Source: Lama guanicoe
Taxonomy: Eukaryota
Reading direction: 5' to 3'
Length of the DNA stretch: 64,000 nt
Assembly: GCA_013239625.1 (NCBI GenBank)
Contig: MU053493.1
Location: 1 to 64,000 of the forward strand
Shown: one piece after another, positions 41,961 to 54,395 of the stretch
How positions within the stretch are numbered: the stretch's first letter is position 1
How the letters are laid out: each line of letters starts with the position of its first letter
Made by a program: the position numbers and the translations under genes
The notes under the pieces: model-generated
What the model was told of the DNA's origin: nothing
Seen by the model: the letters and a program-made list of their open reading frames with translations, nothing else
Database searches by the model: none

Positions 41961-43963
41961 GAAAGTCCATGTATCCTTGCAACCATTTTCCCCAAAACCT
42001 GCCACGTTATAATCTTAGACAAATAAAGATATTATTCAGTAACTTAAGGCTCTATAAAAGCTTCTTTATTGTGATTTCAGCAATTTTGGGGGGAGGTATT
42101 AATATTTCTATTGTTACTTTTGCAACACTTAGTGCCATAATTTACTCAGTCAAGAAAACACCCAGTCTACCTAAAATTCGAAGCCAGTGTCCAGTCAAGT
42201 TCACTAGAGAAGGTTGCACAGTATGCAAAAGATAATCAGAAAAATGTAATGCCAGAATCTTCTGACATCCTACAAGAATAAGAAAAATCAGTATCCTTGT
42301 TTTAACTTACTCTCATAATAATTATGTCACTTTTTTTTAAAATACTCTCTGATTTCTTATTTTATTCAGTTCAAGTCACAGGAAAGAAGTCTCTTTGTTT
42401 CAAGTCTGGGTTCAGTCTTCAGTTGCTACAGCATGGGGAGTGATTGTTTTGACTTACATGTTTATATTCTTCAGCACTCACAAAACTGGAGGAATCCCAA
42501 CTGAAGTGATTAATTTTCAGAGTTCATAAGTAAAAGTGGATAGTCCATTATAACACTCTAGAGAACCATCATTAGACAGGACTAGATTTTGATAACCAAT
42601 ACGCCAGAGTATTTATTTACTGCCAAGCTGTAACATATTTGATGGACTTCCCCAGAAAACAGGATTTCCTAAACTTAACACCCAAAAATCTGTTTGTATC
42701 GCCAGTTTATGACTCACTTAAAATGACCCAGAAGTGGATGCTTAAAAAAAACATATAGGCCAAAATGCAAAGTTATTCAAGTTATGCATAGGTCGGTGAC
42801 TAAAACAGAACATAAACTGTATAAAACATACCCTGAAAGTAATAGGTAGAAATTATCATGTCTAGGAAATCAACACAATAGTCACTAAGATCATATCTAA
42901 TCTTAAAATTTGTTTAAAATATCTACTATTTCCTGGGAACTTTTGTTTATTGTTCATTTTTATCCAAAGTTAATGAAAATTTGCATAGTTGATTCATTAT
43001 TAGGAAAATTATCAAAAATAAATGTGTTGAGAAATGAGAAACACAATTTAAATGTATATTGGCAATCTGTTCTTGTAAGATACATGGATTCATATTCTCA
43101 AAGAATTACAGGCATGCTTCTGTCCCCAACACATTAGATCCCAATGATTACCACTCACTTCTACTTTGTTAAAACCTGGCAAGAAAAAAATATAGTATTC
43201 TGCAATGACTATTATATAAGATAACCACTTTTTTCAAAATTCCCTGCTCATTTCCGTATTTGTAAACATTCTGTAACATTGTATTTCATCATGCTACCCA
43301 TATACATTAGCAGTCTCATAACAGCACTTTCAGAAAATGAGTATTTTCATTTTCGACAAAACCCAACCATCCTCTATGTGTGGTGCCTAAACCAGCAGCT
43401 TCTGCCAACTTCTCAGACACAGACCTACTAAATCAGAAACACTGACTCGTACTCCAGGAGATCCTGACGTGTACCTAAGTTTGAGAGAGTTTATCTAAGT
43501 TACTTAGAAATATATAACTCTCTACCCATTCCAATAACCACAGCAGGAACAGACAGCTGATCAGTACATCCTGCCAGTCACAATAATTTCAAGACAATAT
43601 GGCCTAAATAGTTGTCTCAGGACAGGGCAAAGAACTCACAATGGCAAACCTGGCTGAGACCCACACACTGAAGTTAAAAGTAGCAGGTAAATGGTAATTC
43701 TGACTCCTAACCTACCCGCACTGTTTCAATATTCAAATGGGACAGCTTTCAGATCATGAACAACTGGAACAGTCCAGACAATGTGGTCAATTTACATGTC
43801 CCCCTTCACATTTCGGCAACACAAGGACATGTTACAATCACTTTATACCCTGTCTTTTTTATTGTATCTTCCTTTCATCCACCACTGCACTCGCCATCTA
43901 CTGCTAACTAATTCCTTCCACTACTCTTCTCACCAAATTGATTCCATTATAAATTCGCTTGGC

Positions 43964-44037
43964 TGGACCTTGGATTCTGTTCGCAGGAATAAAGCTGTCA
44001 TCAAGTTCAAGAAATAATGAGTCTGATCATCAAGCCA
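43964..44037 (-). ncRNA. SNORD108: SNORD108 orthologue with degenerate boxes (possible pseudogene)
   Basis: TGGCTTGATGATCAGACTCATTATTTCTTGAACTTGATGACAGCTTTATTCCTGCGAACAGAATCCAAGGTCCA; the TCATTATTTCTTGAA..GATGACA..ATTCCTGC core matches SNORD108; D-box position reads CCAA. Confidence 0.82.
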
Positions 44038-44815
44038 ACCCTCCCACCTTCAAAACAAAAACAAAACCCCCAAAACCTGATTGTCTTCCAGGGATTCATA
44101 TTTACAAGGAATTTTCTTGAGGTCATCCATAAAGAAGCATCACTTCAAGAATAAGGACTATTCGGATGGGGCTGAACCAGTAACTATGCCTGCATCTTTT
44201 CACCCTGTAATAACCGACAACGCTCAGTTGCACCAAACATCCAAGGTGAAATGGTCCTCAGTCAGCACTACACCTCAACAGACCCCAAACTCATTCTTTC
44301 CCTTTCTCACTCAGCTATGCTTCTAATCTAATTAAGTTTGTAGAAAAGGTAGCTCATTCCTCTCAATTCACACAGCATATCCCATCCCTACAAGCCAGGA
44401 TCAGGACACCTAGGGAAACCAATGTGAGGTTATAAATCTACTAAACTTTCTGGCAGGGAATCAGGGACTTGACAAGGGAAGAAACTTTAAAGGGACTTGT
44501 CTACCTCACTTTAAGAAGAATGTAAATTAATTATTTTGAATCCCAACAGCCTTTCACTACAAACTATTCACCTGTCACAGTATCAACACCCACATCATTT
44601 ATTCATACACACATACCCTCAACAAATTAACAAATTAAGATGACTGTTTACAGATAAGATCTTGGTATAGTCAACTGTCCACAGTACCTCTTTTGTAGTT
44701 ATTTTTTCTACATTACTTGTTAAATTACTACTCAATCCTCATTATAGCTACTATAAACAAAGCACATGGACCTAATCACAGATAACAGAAGATTCATTAA
44801 TCATAAAGTAAATAT

Positions 44816-44888
44816 AAATATCAAAGAATAATGACATTAAAAATGATTAAATGCATTGTTTAGTAAATCAGCTCCTCTCTAGGGCCCA
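44816..44888 (-). pseudogene. SNORD64: Probable decayed SNORD64 relic
   Basis: Colinear blocks GAGCTG-TTTACT-CA..ATG-AATGTCATTATTCTTTGA resemble recalled SNORD64 (GAGCTGTGTTTACTGAGCATGATGA...AACGTGATTACTCTGA); lies between SNORD107 and SNORD108; all boxes mutated. Confidence 0.5.
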
Positions 44889-45643
44889 GCATCAGCAACT
44901 GCAAAAGGCCAAGTTCATTTCCTTGAATTACGAGGGTCAGAACTTAGAAATTTCTATCTGTGTCTTTCCAAGATACAGAAAGTGGTAATTTATTGAGAAG
45001 AACTGGAATAACTAAACTAAACAAGAGAGGTACTCTCATCCCTATGAACTCAAACAACACTTTTTTATTTTCAGTTTTGACCAATAATGACTAAAATGTG
45101 TCCCTATAAATACCTGTAGACCTCATGATAAGGCATTTAGCTTCCCTAAAACAAGCCCTGGTGTACATGAAATAGCTATTCCTACGTAGGGGCCAAGCTC
45201 ACTACTGTAAAGTATTAGGAGTATGAAATCAAACAGCCTTAGTTCTAATCACAGACATTCCACTAAAAGAAGTAACTGTAAAGTATCTAATATCATTAAA
45301 AAAATCAGCAATGCCCTATTTTTATAACCCTCCCCCTGGTAATGCCGTACTTCTTAAACATCACTGTGTGATAGGTTCTATACCCACTGATCAACTGCAG
45401 ACAACTAAGGAAAAAAATTGTCCTTAAACACCAACAGTGTCTGTGTGAGGACACTTACCACACTCACTGTGCTTCATAAAGTACGTTCCCATTCTTTCTG
45501 GACATCACTCAGACACCTACAACTGTGTCACTCAACGTTTGATCCAAGATGTGGCAGTCCCCTTCACACACGTCCTTGTTTCCATCTCACCATGTGTGTG
45601 CCTTCTGAGATCCAAGCCAGAGCTTCCGTTGTGGGGTTGAACA

Positions 45644-45680
45644 GTGTGTGTGTGAGTGCACACACACACACACACACACA
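45644..45680. repeat. (GT)n/(CA)n microsatellite
   Basis: gtgtgtgtgtgagtgcacacacacacacacacacaca. Confidence 0.9.
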
Positions 45681-45879
45681 TATTTATATAGAGAGAAAGA
45701 GTAAAACAGAAAGAAAGAAGAATTAGCTCACACGATCTATGGAAAAAAACAAAGAAAACTGGAGGAACTGGCAAAGTGTACTACTACACCTGCCATTTGT
45801 AACTACTCAGTTTTCACAGGTCAAGCCAACATTTTCAGTCAAGAATGTTCTCTGCAAAGTCTAGTGAGGCACATTGACT

Positions 45880-45952
45880 GGATTTCAGTGTCATTTCAAG
45901 CTCCAACTTTGAAATCAGCATGTTCAGACAAGGTCCTGTGTCATCATAAACC
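45880..45952 (-). ncRNA. SNORD107: Box C/D snoRNA SNORD107
   Basis: GGTTT ATGATGA CACAGGACCTTGT CTGA AC ATGCTGA TTTCAAAGTTGGAGCTTGAAATGACA CTGA AATCC: C, D', C', D boxes and short terminal stem; about 3.5 kb downstream of SNRPN. Confidence 0.95.
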
Positions 45953-46374
45953 TAGCCAAGGCCTCTGCAATACACTATATTTTCTTTTTCTTACAAGGTT
46001 TTACTTTTACCTTGAGTAGTTTGTCTTAATTGCAGCTAATACGATTTTCCGCCTCCTGGCAACACTACTGGTAGAATCCACACTGACATTTCAGAAAATC
46101 CAGTGATCAAATTCTCTCTTCCTTTCAGAGTCATCAACTATGTGGGCAAAAATGCATTGCATAAGACTGATAAAATTTCAAGACAGAAAAACAACATGCA
46201 TTGCTTTACCTAAGAAAATTCAAATACTGAGCATTGTTACATGTATGACCAGTCCCAAGGGAATGAGCAAAACAGAATCTGGCAATGATTTACAAACTGA
46301 GTAATATGTATCTGAAAATTTCATGATGGACCAGAAACTTGGAACTGACTACTTGCCAAAATCAGTAAAAGATA

Positions 46375-46510
46375 TTTTTAAATTTTTATTTATTTTTAGG
46401 AGGAGTAATTAGGTTTTTATTTATTTATTTTTTTGGAGGTACTGGGGATTGAACCCAGGACCTTGTGTATGTTAAGCATGCACTCTACCACTGAGCTACA
46501 CCCTCCTCCC
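46375..46510 (-). mobile_element. tRNA-derived SINE (vic-1-like)
   Basis: Reverse complement GGGGAGGAGGGTGTAGCTCAGTGGTAGAGTGCATGCTTAAC...GGGTTCAATCCCCAGTACCTCC + AAAT tail; A and B boxes. Confidence 0.92.
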
Positions 46511-46674
46511 CAGTAAGATTTATTTGAAATGAACACAATTGTGTTTTTTTTCTCATCTTTGAAACAAGATTTTGAAAACTCTAGACAAGTGTTACCATTT
46601 TCACATAATTCCATAAATTACTTCTACAAGCAAAGACCCAGAAGAAACAAAACATCAGTTTTGTTTACAAAAGA

Positions 46675-47210
46675 CTGAAGACTTCTGATTTCAGTTTTAC
46701 GTGGAATCTAAAAAGCCTGAACTCACAGATACAGAACAGAATGGGGGTTGTTGCCGGTGGGGTGGGGAGGGTGTGGGAAAATGGGGAGATGCTGATTAAA
46801 GGGTATAAACTTTCAATTACAAGATTAATAAGCTCTAAGGATCTAACGTACAGCACTGTGACTATAGTTAACAATATACTATACACTTAACATCTAAGAC
46901 AGTAGATTTTTAAATATTCTCACCACATAAAAAAAATGGGGGTGAAGGGTATAGCTCAAGTGGTAGAATGCATGCTTAGCATGCATGGGGTACTGGGTTC
47001 AATCCCCAGTACTTCCTCCAAATATAATAAATAAATCTAATTACTTCTCCCTCATAAAACAAACAAAACAAATGGTAACTCCATAAAGTGATGGACACGT
47101 CAACTAACCTTATCGTGGTAACCTTTTCACAATACACACACCTGACATCATGTTGTACATCTTAAAATTAAACAATGTTATTTATCACTTACATACCAAT
47201 GAACATGGAA
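46675..47210 (+). mobile_element. L1 3' UTR fragment interrupted by a SINE
   Basis: 'gtggaatctaaaaag..gaactcacagatacagaacaga','aaagggtataaactttca'. Confidence 0.8.
46938..47070 (+). mobile_element. tRNA-derived SINE (vic-1-like)
   Basis: gggtatagctcaagtggtagaatgcatgcttagcatgcatggggtactgggttcaatccccagtacttcctcc + tail; short aaatgg duplication at the flanks. Confidence 0.92.
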
Positions 47211-49411
47211 AAATTACAGGGCTTCTAAAATTTGATGTGATTACATGATTAACCACCAGCGAGTTTATGAGGGCAGGGAGCTATGACATGCTTTTATACC
47301 AAGCCCAGTTTACCAATCTCATAAACATAGAATACCACAAACAACTCAAAACTGTAAGTGCTTATTTAAGGTGGCACAACTATTAAATCCCAGAATTCTA
47401 CCTTCAATTAAAAAAACCATAAAGAAAATGTATACTAATAAGTAATATCGATGTATTTATGGAGTCATAGTTACGAAATGTGACCAGGAAACCAGGAAGT
47501 TCTTCAACCATGCTTTAGATGAAACACGTATTCATTTGAATATAGGAATGTAGGAAAAATTCTTAGGTAAGTATTTATTTCTATGAATGTCTGAAAACTG
47601 ACATGTTGGTATGTGTCCCAAATGGAACTCCACAAAAGCTCAGATCTAGCAATCTGTAACAAAATAGCCACACATTATCTTACACCCTTCTACACACACC
47701 TTATACCTTACATGCCATTATATGAATTATTTGTCCCAAATTGTCTGTGTTCCACAATTAGAGTTCTCAAAAAATTCAAGGAAGTCCTAGGCAGAGAAAA
47801 ACAGTATCATCACCAACCAAAAACAGCCATTAGAAAAAAGCATTCTGCAGAATCTTAAAGTTGTTGCCACTCACCTTTAACCTGCAAAGAGGCCATCTTT
47901 ACTTATGAAAATATTAGACAACAAGCCTTCTTCAAATATGCTGCATAACCATTCGTGACAAATCTGAAGTCCATCCTAACCAGCAGACCGGATTTCCCTC
48001 CAAAAGCAGAGGTACCATGAATTATTCTCAGTTGATCCAGATAGCACACTGCTCAGAAAATAAGGCTACTTACATATCCCTCTCTGCTTTTAGAGCAAAA
48101 GTATCCATTATCTATCAGAGTCAGTTTTACCCTAACAGAATGTCTTTGCCTGTAGACCTCACATAAAGGACTTTCCCTGGGGCTCTGGTAACTACATAGT
48201 TTCATTCACAAACTCTGAACAGAAGTATCACATCTGCATTATAAAAATCTCCCAAACCAAGGAAGCCTTGGCTGCTGCATGTCCCTTACCAGACAGTGTT
48301 CGTTAAGCTTAGAATCTACTTTGGCGTAAACCTGTCAAGTCAGTGCCAGGAACTGTAGTCATTCTGAAGGCCCCTTTACTTTGGGAGCCTATTACTTGAA
48401 AGGTCATGATCTGAAAGCTGGACAAAGTGACAGGCACACCTCTGCTGATAAAATCACAGAAGACACCGTCTACCAGCTTTAAGTTACTAAGGAGCTATCA
48501 CCAGTCCAACTGTGGTACTTTACAAGGTAGCTCCTACAACCAATTTAAGGACTCGGTTACTGTCTAGTTGATGCCTTGGCCATTTAACCTAAAGCCTCCT
48601 CCCACTTCCTTTTAAAAGTGATTTCATTCTCCCATAACTAATTGAAACTGGACTTAGACACATGGGCATCCCTTAACTAACTGGGAGAGATTGTCTACTC
48701 CTCTGAACACTACCAGTCCATCACTAAGTGATGCTGTTGGGCATAATCGTAATTTGTATGTAAGAGTGTCAACTATATTTAAGAATGTTAAGTTATCTTT
48801 AAGTAACTCAAATTGTCTCAAATATGCAATCACCCCCATCTCCCAGGACCCAGGCTGTGCCATTCATTCAAAAATGTGTAATACTTACTCACTGGTAGGG
48901 GACGATGAGTATTCCAGGGTCGCACCATCTCTGATCACACAGACACAAGAGCACTGTAAAAAGCTGATCAACTGAGGTAACCTTGGAAGGAAAAGGAGCA
49001 CCCTCCTATTTCAAATGCTTTAATGAACAAAGTGATTCAGTACCTGTTTCCTTCTATAGGTGGCCTTACAAGGTCATTCGTCACATCCCCACTTTCTTTC
49101 GAGTATGTGTGGCATAGTAGAGGGGCCCATGTGTGAGTCTCAGCTCAACCACTCAACCCCATGACCTGGTCAGAAGTATCCTGATGTGTAAAGGTTATTA
49201 ACTGACATGAGTCAGGGCGCAAAGTCAATGTTAGGAAGCTGAAACAAGTATCACAACCATTTTATCCTAAGAATTAAAGAGAATTATTAGATGAGCTGCT
49301 TAACAGGATTTACTTCATCCACAGTAACTTCAAGACCAGAAAAATCCCAGTCTTAACTCTGACCTCAAAAATATCAGTATGCGAAAAAAAATGTACAACA
49401 GTACCTCACAG

Positions 49412-49434
49412 TTTAATTGCTCTATGCATTTATT
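49412..49434 (-). terminator. SNRPN: SNRPN polyadenylation signals (AATAAA 49434-49429; ATTAAA 49417-49412)
   Basis: About 105-130 nt after the stop codon, followed by a GT/T-rich downstream element (GTACTGTTGTACATTTTTTTT). Confidence 0.85.
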
Positions 49435-49540
49435 AGCTAATATTAATGCAGCAAAGAGGGGACAAAAGCTCACAAACACTGCACACATTTCACAAGACGC
49501 ATTGCAGGAAAAAAGTGACTTAAGAAGGATCAACAGTATC

Positions 49541-49885
<345 letters not shown>

Positions 49886-50145
49886 TTAAAAAATAAGCCC
49901 AGCAGAGAGTTGAAAATCTTCTCCTTGATCACTGACATGTAGGTCATCCTGAACTCAAAAAGAGTCCACAGGGTTTCATTAAATCAGTGTCTAAAGTGGA
50001 AAACATACTGAGTTCCTAGTTAGACAGGGTCTTAATTCATCTTAATTCAATCTTCTTAAGAATAATTTTAGTCATTACTTCCTCTAGATGATGCGATTCC
50101 TGCATAGACCCACAACTGTATCTAAGATTCAATCCTTTTCCTCTA

Positions 50146-50319
<174 letters not shown>

Positions 50320-50708
50320 TCAGACCACGGGAGAGGTAAGGCATGCCCTCACCTCCCCAAATACAGAAAGTAAAAGGTGGATCATGGCCTATTAAACACA
50401 AAATAATTAAAGCAATTCTGCGCTTCTCCCATTATTCTCATTTAAAAAGAAATTCAGCACTCTTACATTCCCCTTTAAACAGAATATGCCCCCACCTTTA
50501 AACCTAATAAGCCCCTCTGCGTTTCCTCAACTCTAGTTTTTCCATCTACCTTCCTCTTCACTCACCAGTGGTGGGTGAGTTACTCTTACCTTGGTGGCTT
50601 TAATCTGTTCCCTTCCTAGTGGACACCTGTCCCTCATGTCCCTCTACAGCATATGCTACTTACACAGAAAAGGATGTACACCCAGGTTTTTAAATCTCCT
50701 CAGCCTCA

Positions 50709-50927
<219 letters not shown>

Positions 50928-51361
50928 TTATAGCTTGAAACGAATGATCCAAAGTTACCAATAACCCTATTCCTAAAAGTAGATTACCCCTTCCCACCAA
51001 CTTCCCACATCACCTATCTCATATTAGTTCTGAATGCCAAAGAATTAAGGGACCAGTGCACCACAGAGGCATCCTGCAAATTAAATGTACATTTGTCAAA
51101 CCGTGAATGCGTGTGTCTTCATGACTATACCAAGAGAAAATAAATCAGCAATTCCTTCCCTCATCTAGGTGTACTCAGAACATGGCATAACCCAACACAA
51201 AACCCTTAACCTGTAAGTATAGACAAGCAAGAACTGACACCAAGGGCCGGGCACATCTCACTTGACAAAGGTATACTATCCTGTGCCTCTGGTGTACCCC
51301 GATTCAGCAAATCTCTCAAATAACGTGATGTCCTTCCACATCAGTGTTCTGCCCTGTCCTA

Positions 51362-51520
<159 letters not shown>

Positions 51521-51774
51521 TCACTCACTAGAATATTACAGGACATTAAGTATCAACTAAGACAACAACTGATGCCAAGATGCTCTGTTCACACAGTTAA
51601 TGAGTTGTGACAAAAACAAAACTACATTGGCTGTTAAAAGGTAAAGCTTTTCCAATCCTCAATCTTTCAGAATGTTTCCTTAATGTTATACTACAGCAAA
51701 ACTAACTTCTCTGTGAAACAGATTCAAATAACATTGCTAAGAACTTTTTAAAAATAGTACTGATTTTAAAGCTT

Positions 51775-52237
51775 GTATTTTTTCCTTCCAGTTGTATTGA
51801 GATATAATTGACACACAGCACTATATACATTTAAGGTGTAAAGCATTATGATTTGACTTATATACTCATGATTATCACAATTAAGTTTAGTGGACATACA
51901 ACATGGCTTACAGATACAAAAGAAAAAAGTTTTGCCATATAATGAAAACTCCCAGGATTTAGTTTCTTAGCAACTTTTATATATAACATAGAGAAGCATT
52001 AATCACATTCATCCTGTTGTATATTACATCCCTAGTACCTTTTTCTCTTAACTGGAAGTTCATATCTTTGACCCTTTCATTCAACTCATCTTCCCCCACC
52101 TCGTGCCTCTGGAAGCCACAAATCTGATCTCTTTCTGTGAGTTTGTGTCTGAAGTGTAAGTGACCTACAACACTTTTAGTTGCGGGTGTACAATACTGAT
52201 GCAGTATTTCTATACGTTATAAAATGATCACCACTAA
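51775..52237 (-). mobile_element. L1 3' UTR fragment in SNRPN intron 5
   Basis: 'gagatataattgacacacagcactatatacatttaaggtgta','ccacaaatctgatctctttc'. Confidence 0.85.
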
Positions 52238-53495
52238 GACTCTGAAGACAGGCAAAACTGAAACCTCAAGTTTTCATGTTAAGATGGGATGTAAATTATT
52301 ATTTAGGTTGAATTATCCTATTAACTTAGTGAAGAGTGAAGCAGAATTAAATATGCCTAAAGCTCTCATCATATGCCGTTAGTATTCATCAACATCCTAA
52401 GGTTTTTTTATTCTTTTCAGAAATAGATGATCTATACAAAAAATTAAGACTGAAGCATTCATCATCCTAGAGTTTCTGAAATTATCCAAACTGGTATACA
52501 GAAAGAAGACTAATAGTGGAAGAGAGATGGACTATGTTATGAATTCTATTCAGATTTAAGAACAGATTTAAGACCATAGCAGACAGGAGAAGCTGCTTAT
52601 CATCTTTCTCTTCATATTTGAAATCCCTAAGTGAAGTGTTCAAATTAAACTTCTGAACAGTGAAGGATTAACTGTGGTAAGAGAAGATAACAAGCCAAGA
52701 GTCAAGGGTGAAGCCTTGTAAATTCTGCCTCAAGGTAAGAGACTGAAGCAAAATCATCTTGAACCTCTAGAGAGATTACAAGCACCGATCTAAATACTCT
52801 TCTGAATGAAAAGTCAGCTGAGTGGGAGCAGAACGCTACTAGGATCCACCAGCTGGTATGTGCCCTTGCTGCGGGCAGTCCAACAGTGCCCTGTCAAAGG
52901 AAGCTCCCCAAAGTCAGGCGGATAGAGGGTGGCCGCATATGGGAAGGCACAAGCACATGGGGTTATTCTGGAAGAAAGGCCAAGGGCAAGTCACAGAGAT
53001 AAGTAAGCAAGGGAGGTTAGGGACTGATGCCAGATCAACACAGATCATGATGATTCACACACAAAACAAGGGGCGTAACAGAGGCTGGCTGAACACATGC
53101 TAGACCTGGCCTGGAGAGTTCTATTCACATTCCAATTCCTAGACCATTAAGAGTAACTGTTATTCTTTAGAGTTCTTCAATCTGAAGGAATGTTGCAGAA
53201 GCCAACCTATCAACATTTCTCAAGTTTTCCAAATAAATATATCTTGGTCTTTTGATCATACTATATACAGTTTTATTCCTAGTTAAGTTCATAACTGTAT
53301 TTCCAAACGTAAAACAGTAGTGTGAATACATAAGGTTGGGTGACCTGTCCAATTCAGAGATGAGGCCAGGTCATTAGACAAGAGGCCAGTCCTGGCTCAT
53401 TTTCCCTACCTCCTTCAGTTACCCTCTGTAAACCATTACTTGGTGGCCAGCTGCTCCCTCATACCCTAGTACCTAAACCCAAAGTGGCCTCCTTA

Positions 53496-53726
<231 letters not shown>

Positions 53727-54164
53727 CTATACCAATCTAAACCTTAACAAAAATAGCACGCCTCCCACCTTTTCTCCATCCCTTTAATACACCAGACCAG
53801 GACCACTTATCGTCCCCCTGTGAAACCCTCTACTTCTCATAATCGACCCCCATACAGTTCCCCTAAATATATTTCTTCCCCAGTAGATCCCCAAACCCAG
53901 TTCTTCCTTTTACTACTCCATCATTCTAATTCCTGCCTTTCCCAATTCTAATCCCAAATCCCACCCTCCTAAAGAAAACTTGACTGTAGACTGTTTCTTC
54001 TACCCCTGACATCTAGACAAATGGTGGGCGATTCCTACTTTCATCCAAAAGTTTGCAACTCCCACCAATACAATGCAAATACAGTGCACTATTTTTCAGT
54101 TCCCTAAAGGCCTCTGTCCCAGGTTCCACCATACCCCACATTCCGTATCGTTAAGAACTTGGAT

Positions 54165-54395
54165 CAGTGTTTCCCAAACTTTTTCTATTTCATTTTTGTC
54201 CCACTAGGCACCCTTTCAAAAGATTTTCATCCTAATTTGCCCAGTCTTCTGACATTTAACATGCAGAAATACAATATCTCTATTTACAGACACCCTTTGG
54301 AATACCATGAACCCGTGGTAAGATTCTCCCTAACTTATCAAGAACTAATTTTTGCCCCCTTGGCAGATCCTCCCACTGAGAATACACTCTTGATC
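54165..54395. mobile_element. hAT/Charlie-like MER relic
   Basis: Ends cagtgtttcccaaac ... tgagaatacact resemble hAT TIRs. Confidence 0.45.

Larger units (their letters stand above)
1..49404 (-). ncRNA. SNHG14: SNHG14-type read-through snoRNA host lncRNA region (exon structure not resolved)
   Basis: Synteny: downstream of SNRPN and carrying same-strand SNORD107/108/109; transcription is inferred from known locus organisation. Confidence 0.7.

Noticed and set aside
43270..43325. ttcatcatgct...cagtctcataaca as an alternative SNORD64 relic
   Set aside because: Short match, no D box, and on the wrong side of SNORD108; the 44816-44888 candidate fits better
46430..46510. tRNA-like sequence with A/B boxes (also at 46945 and 4980)
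   Set aside because: SINE heads with AT-rich tails in multiple diverged copies, not tRNA genes
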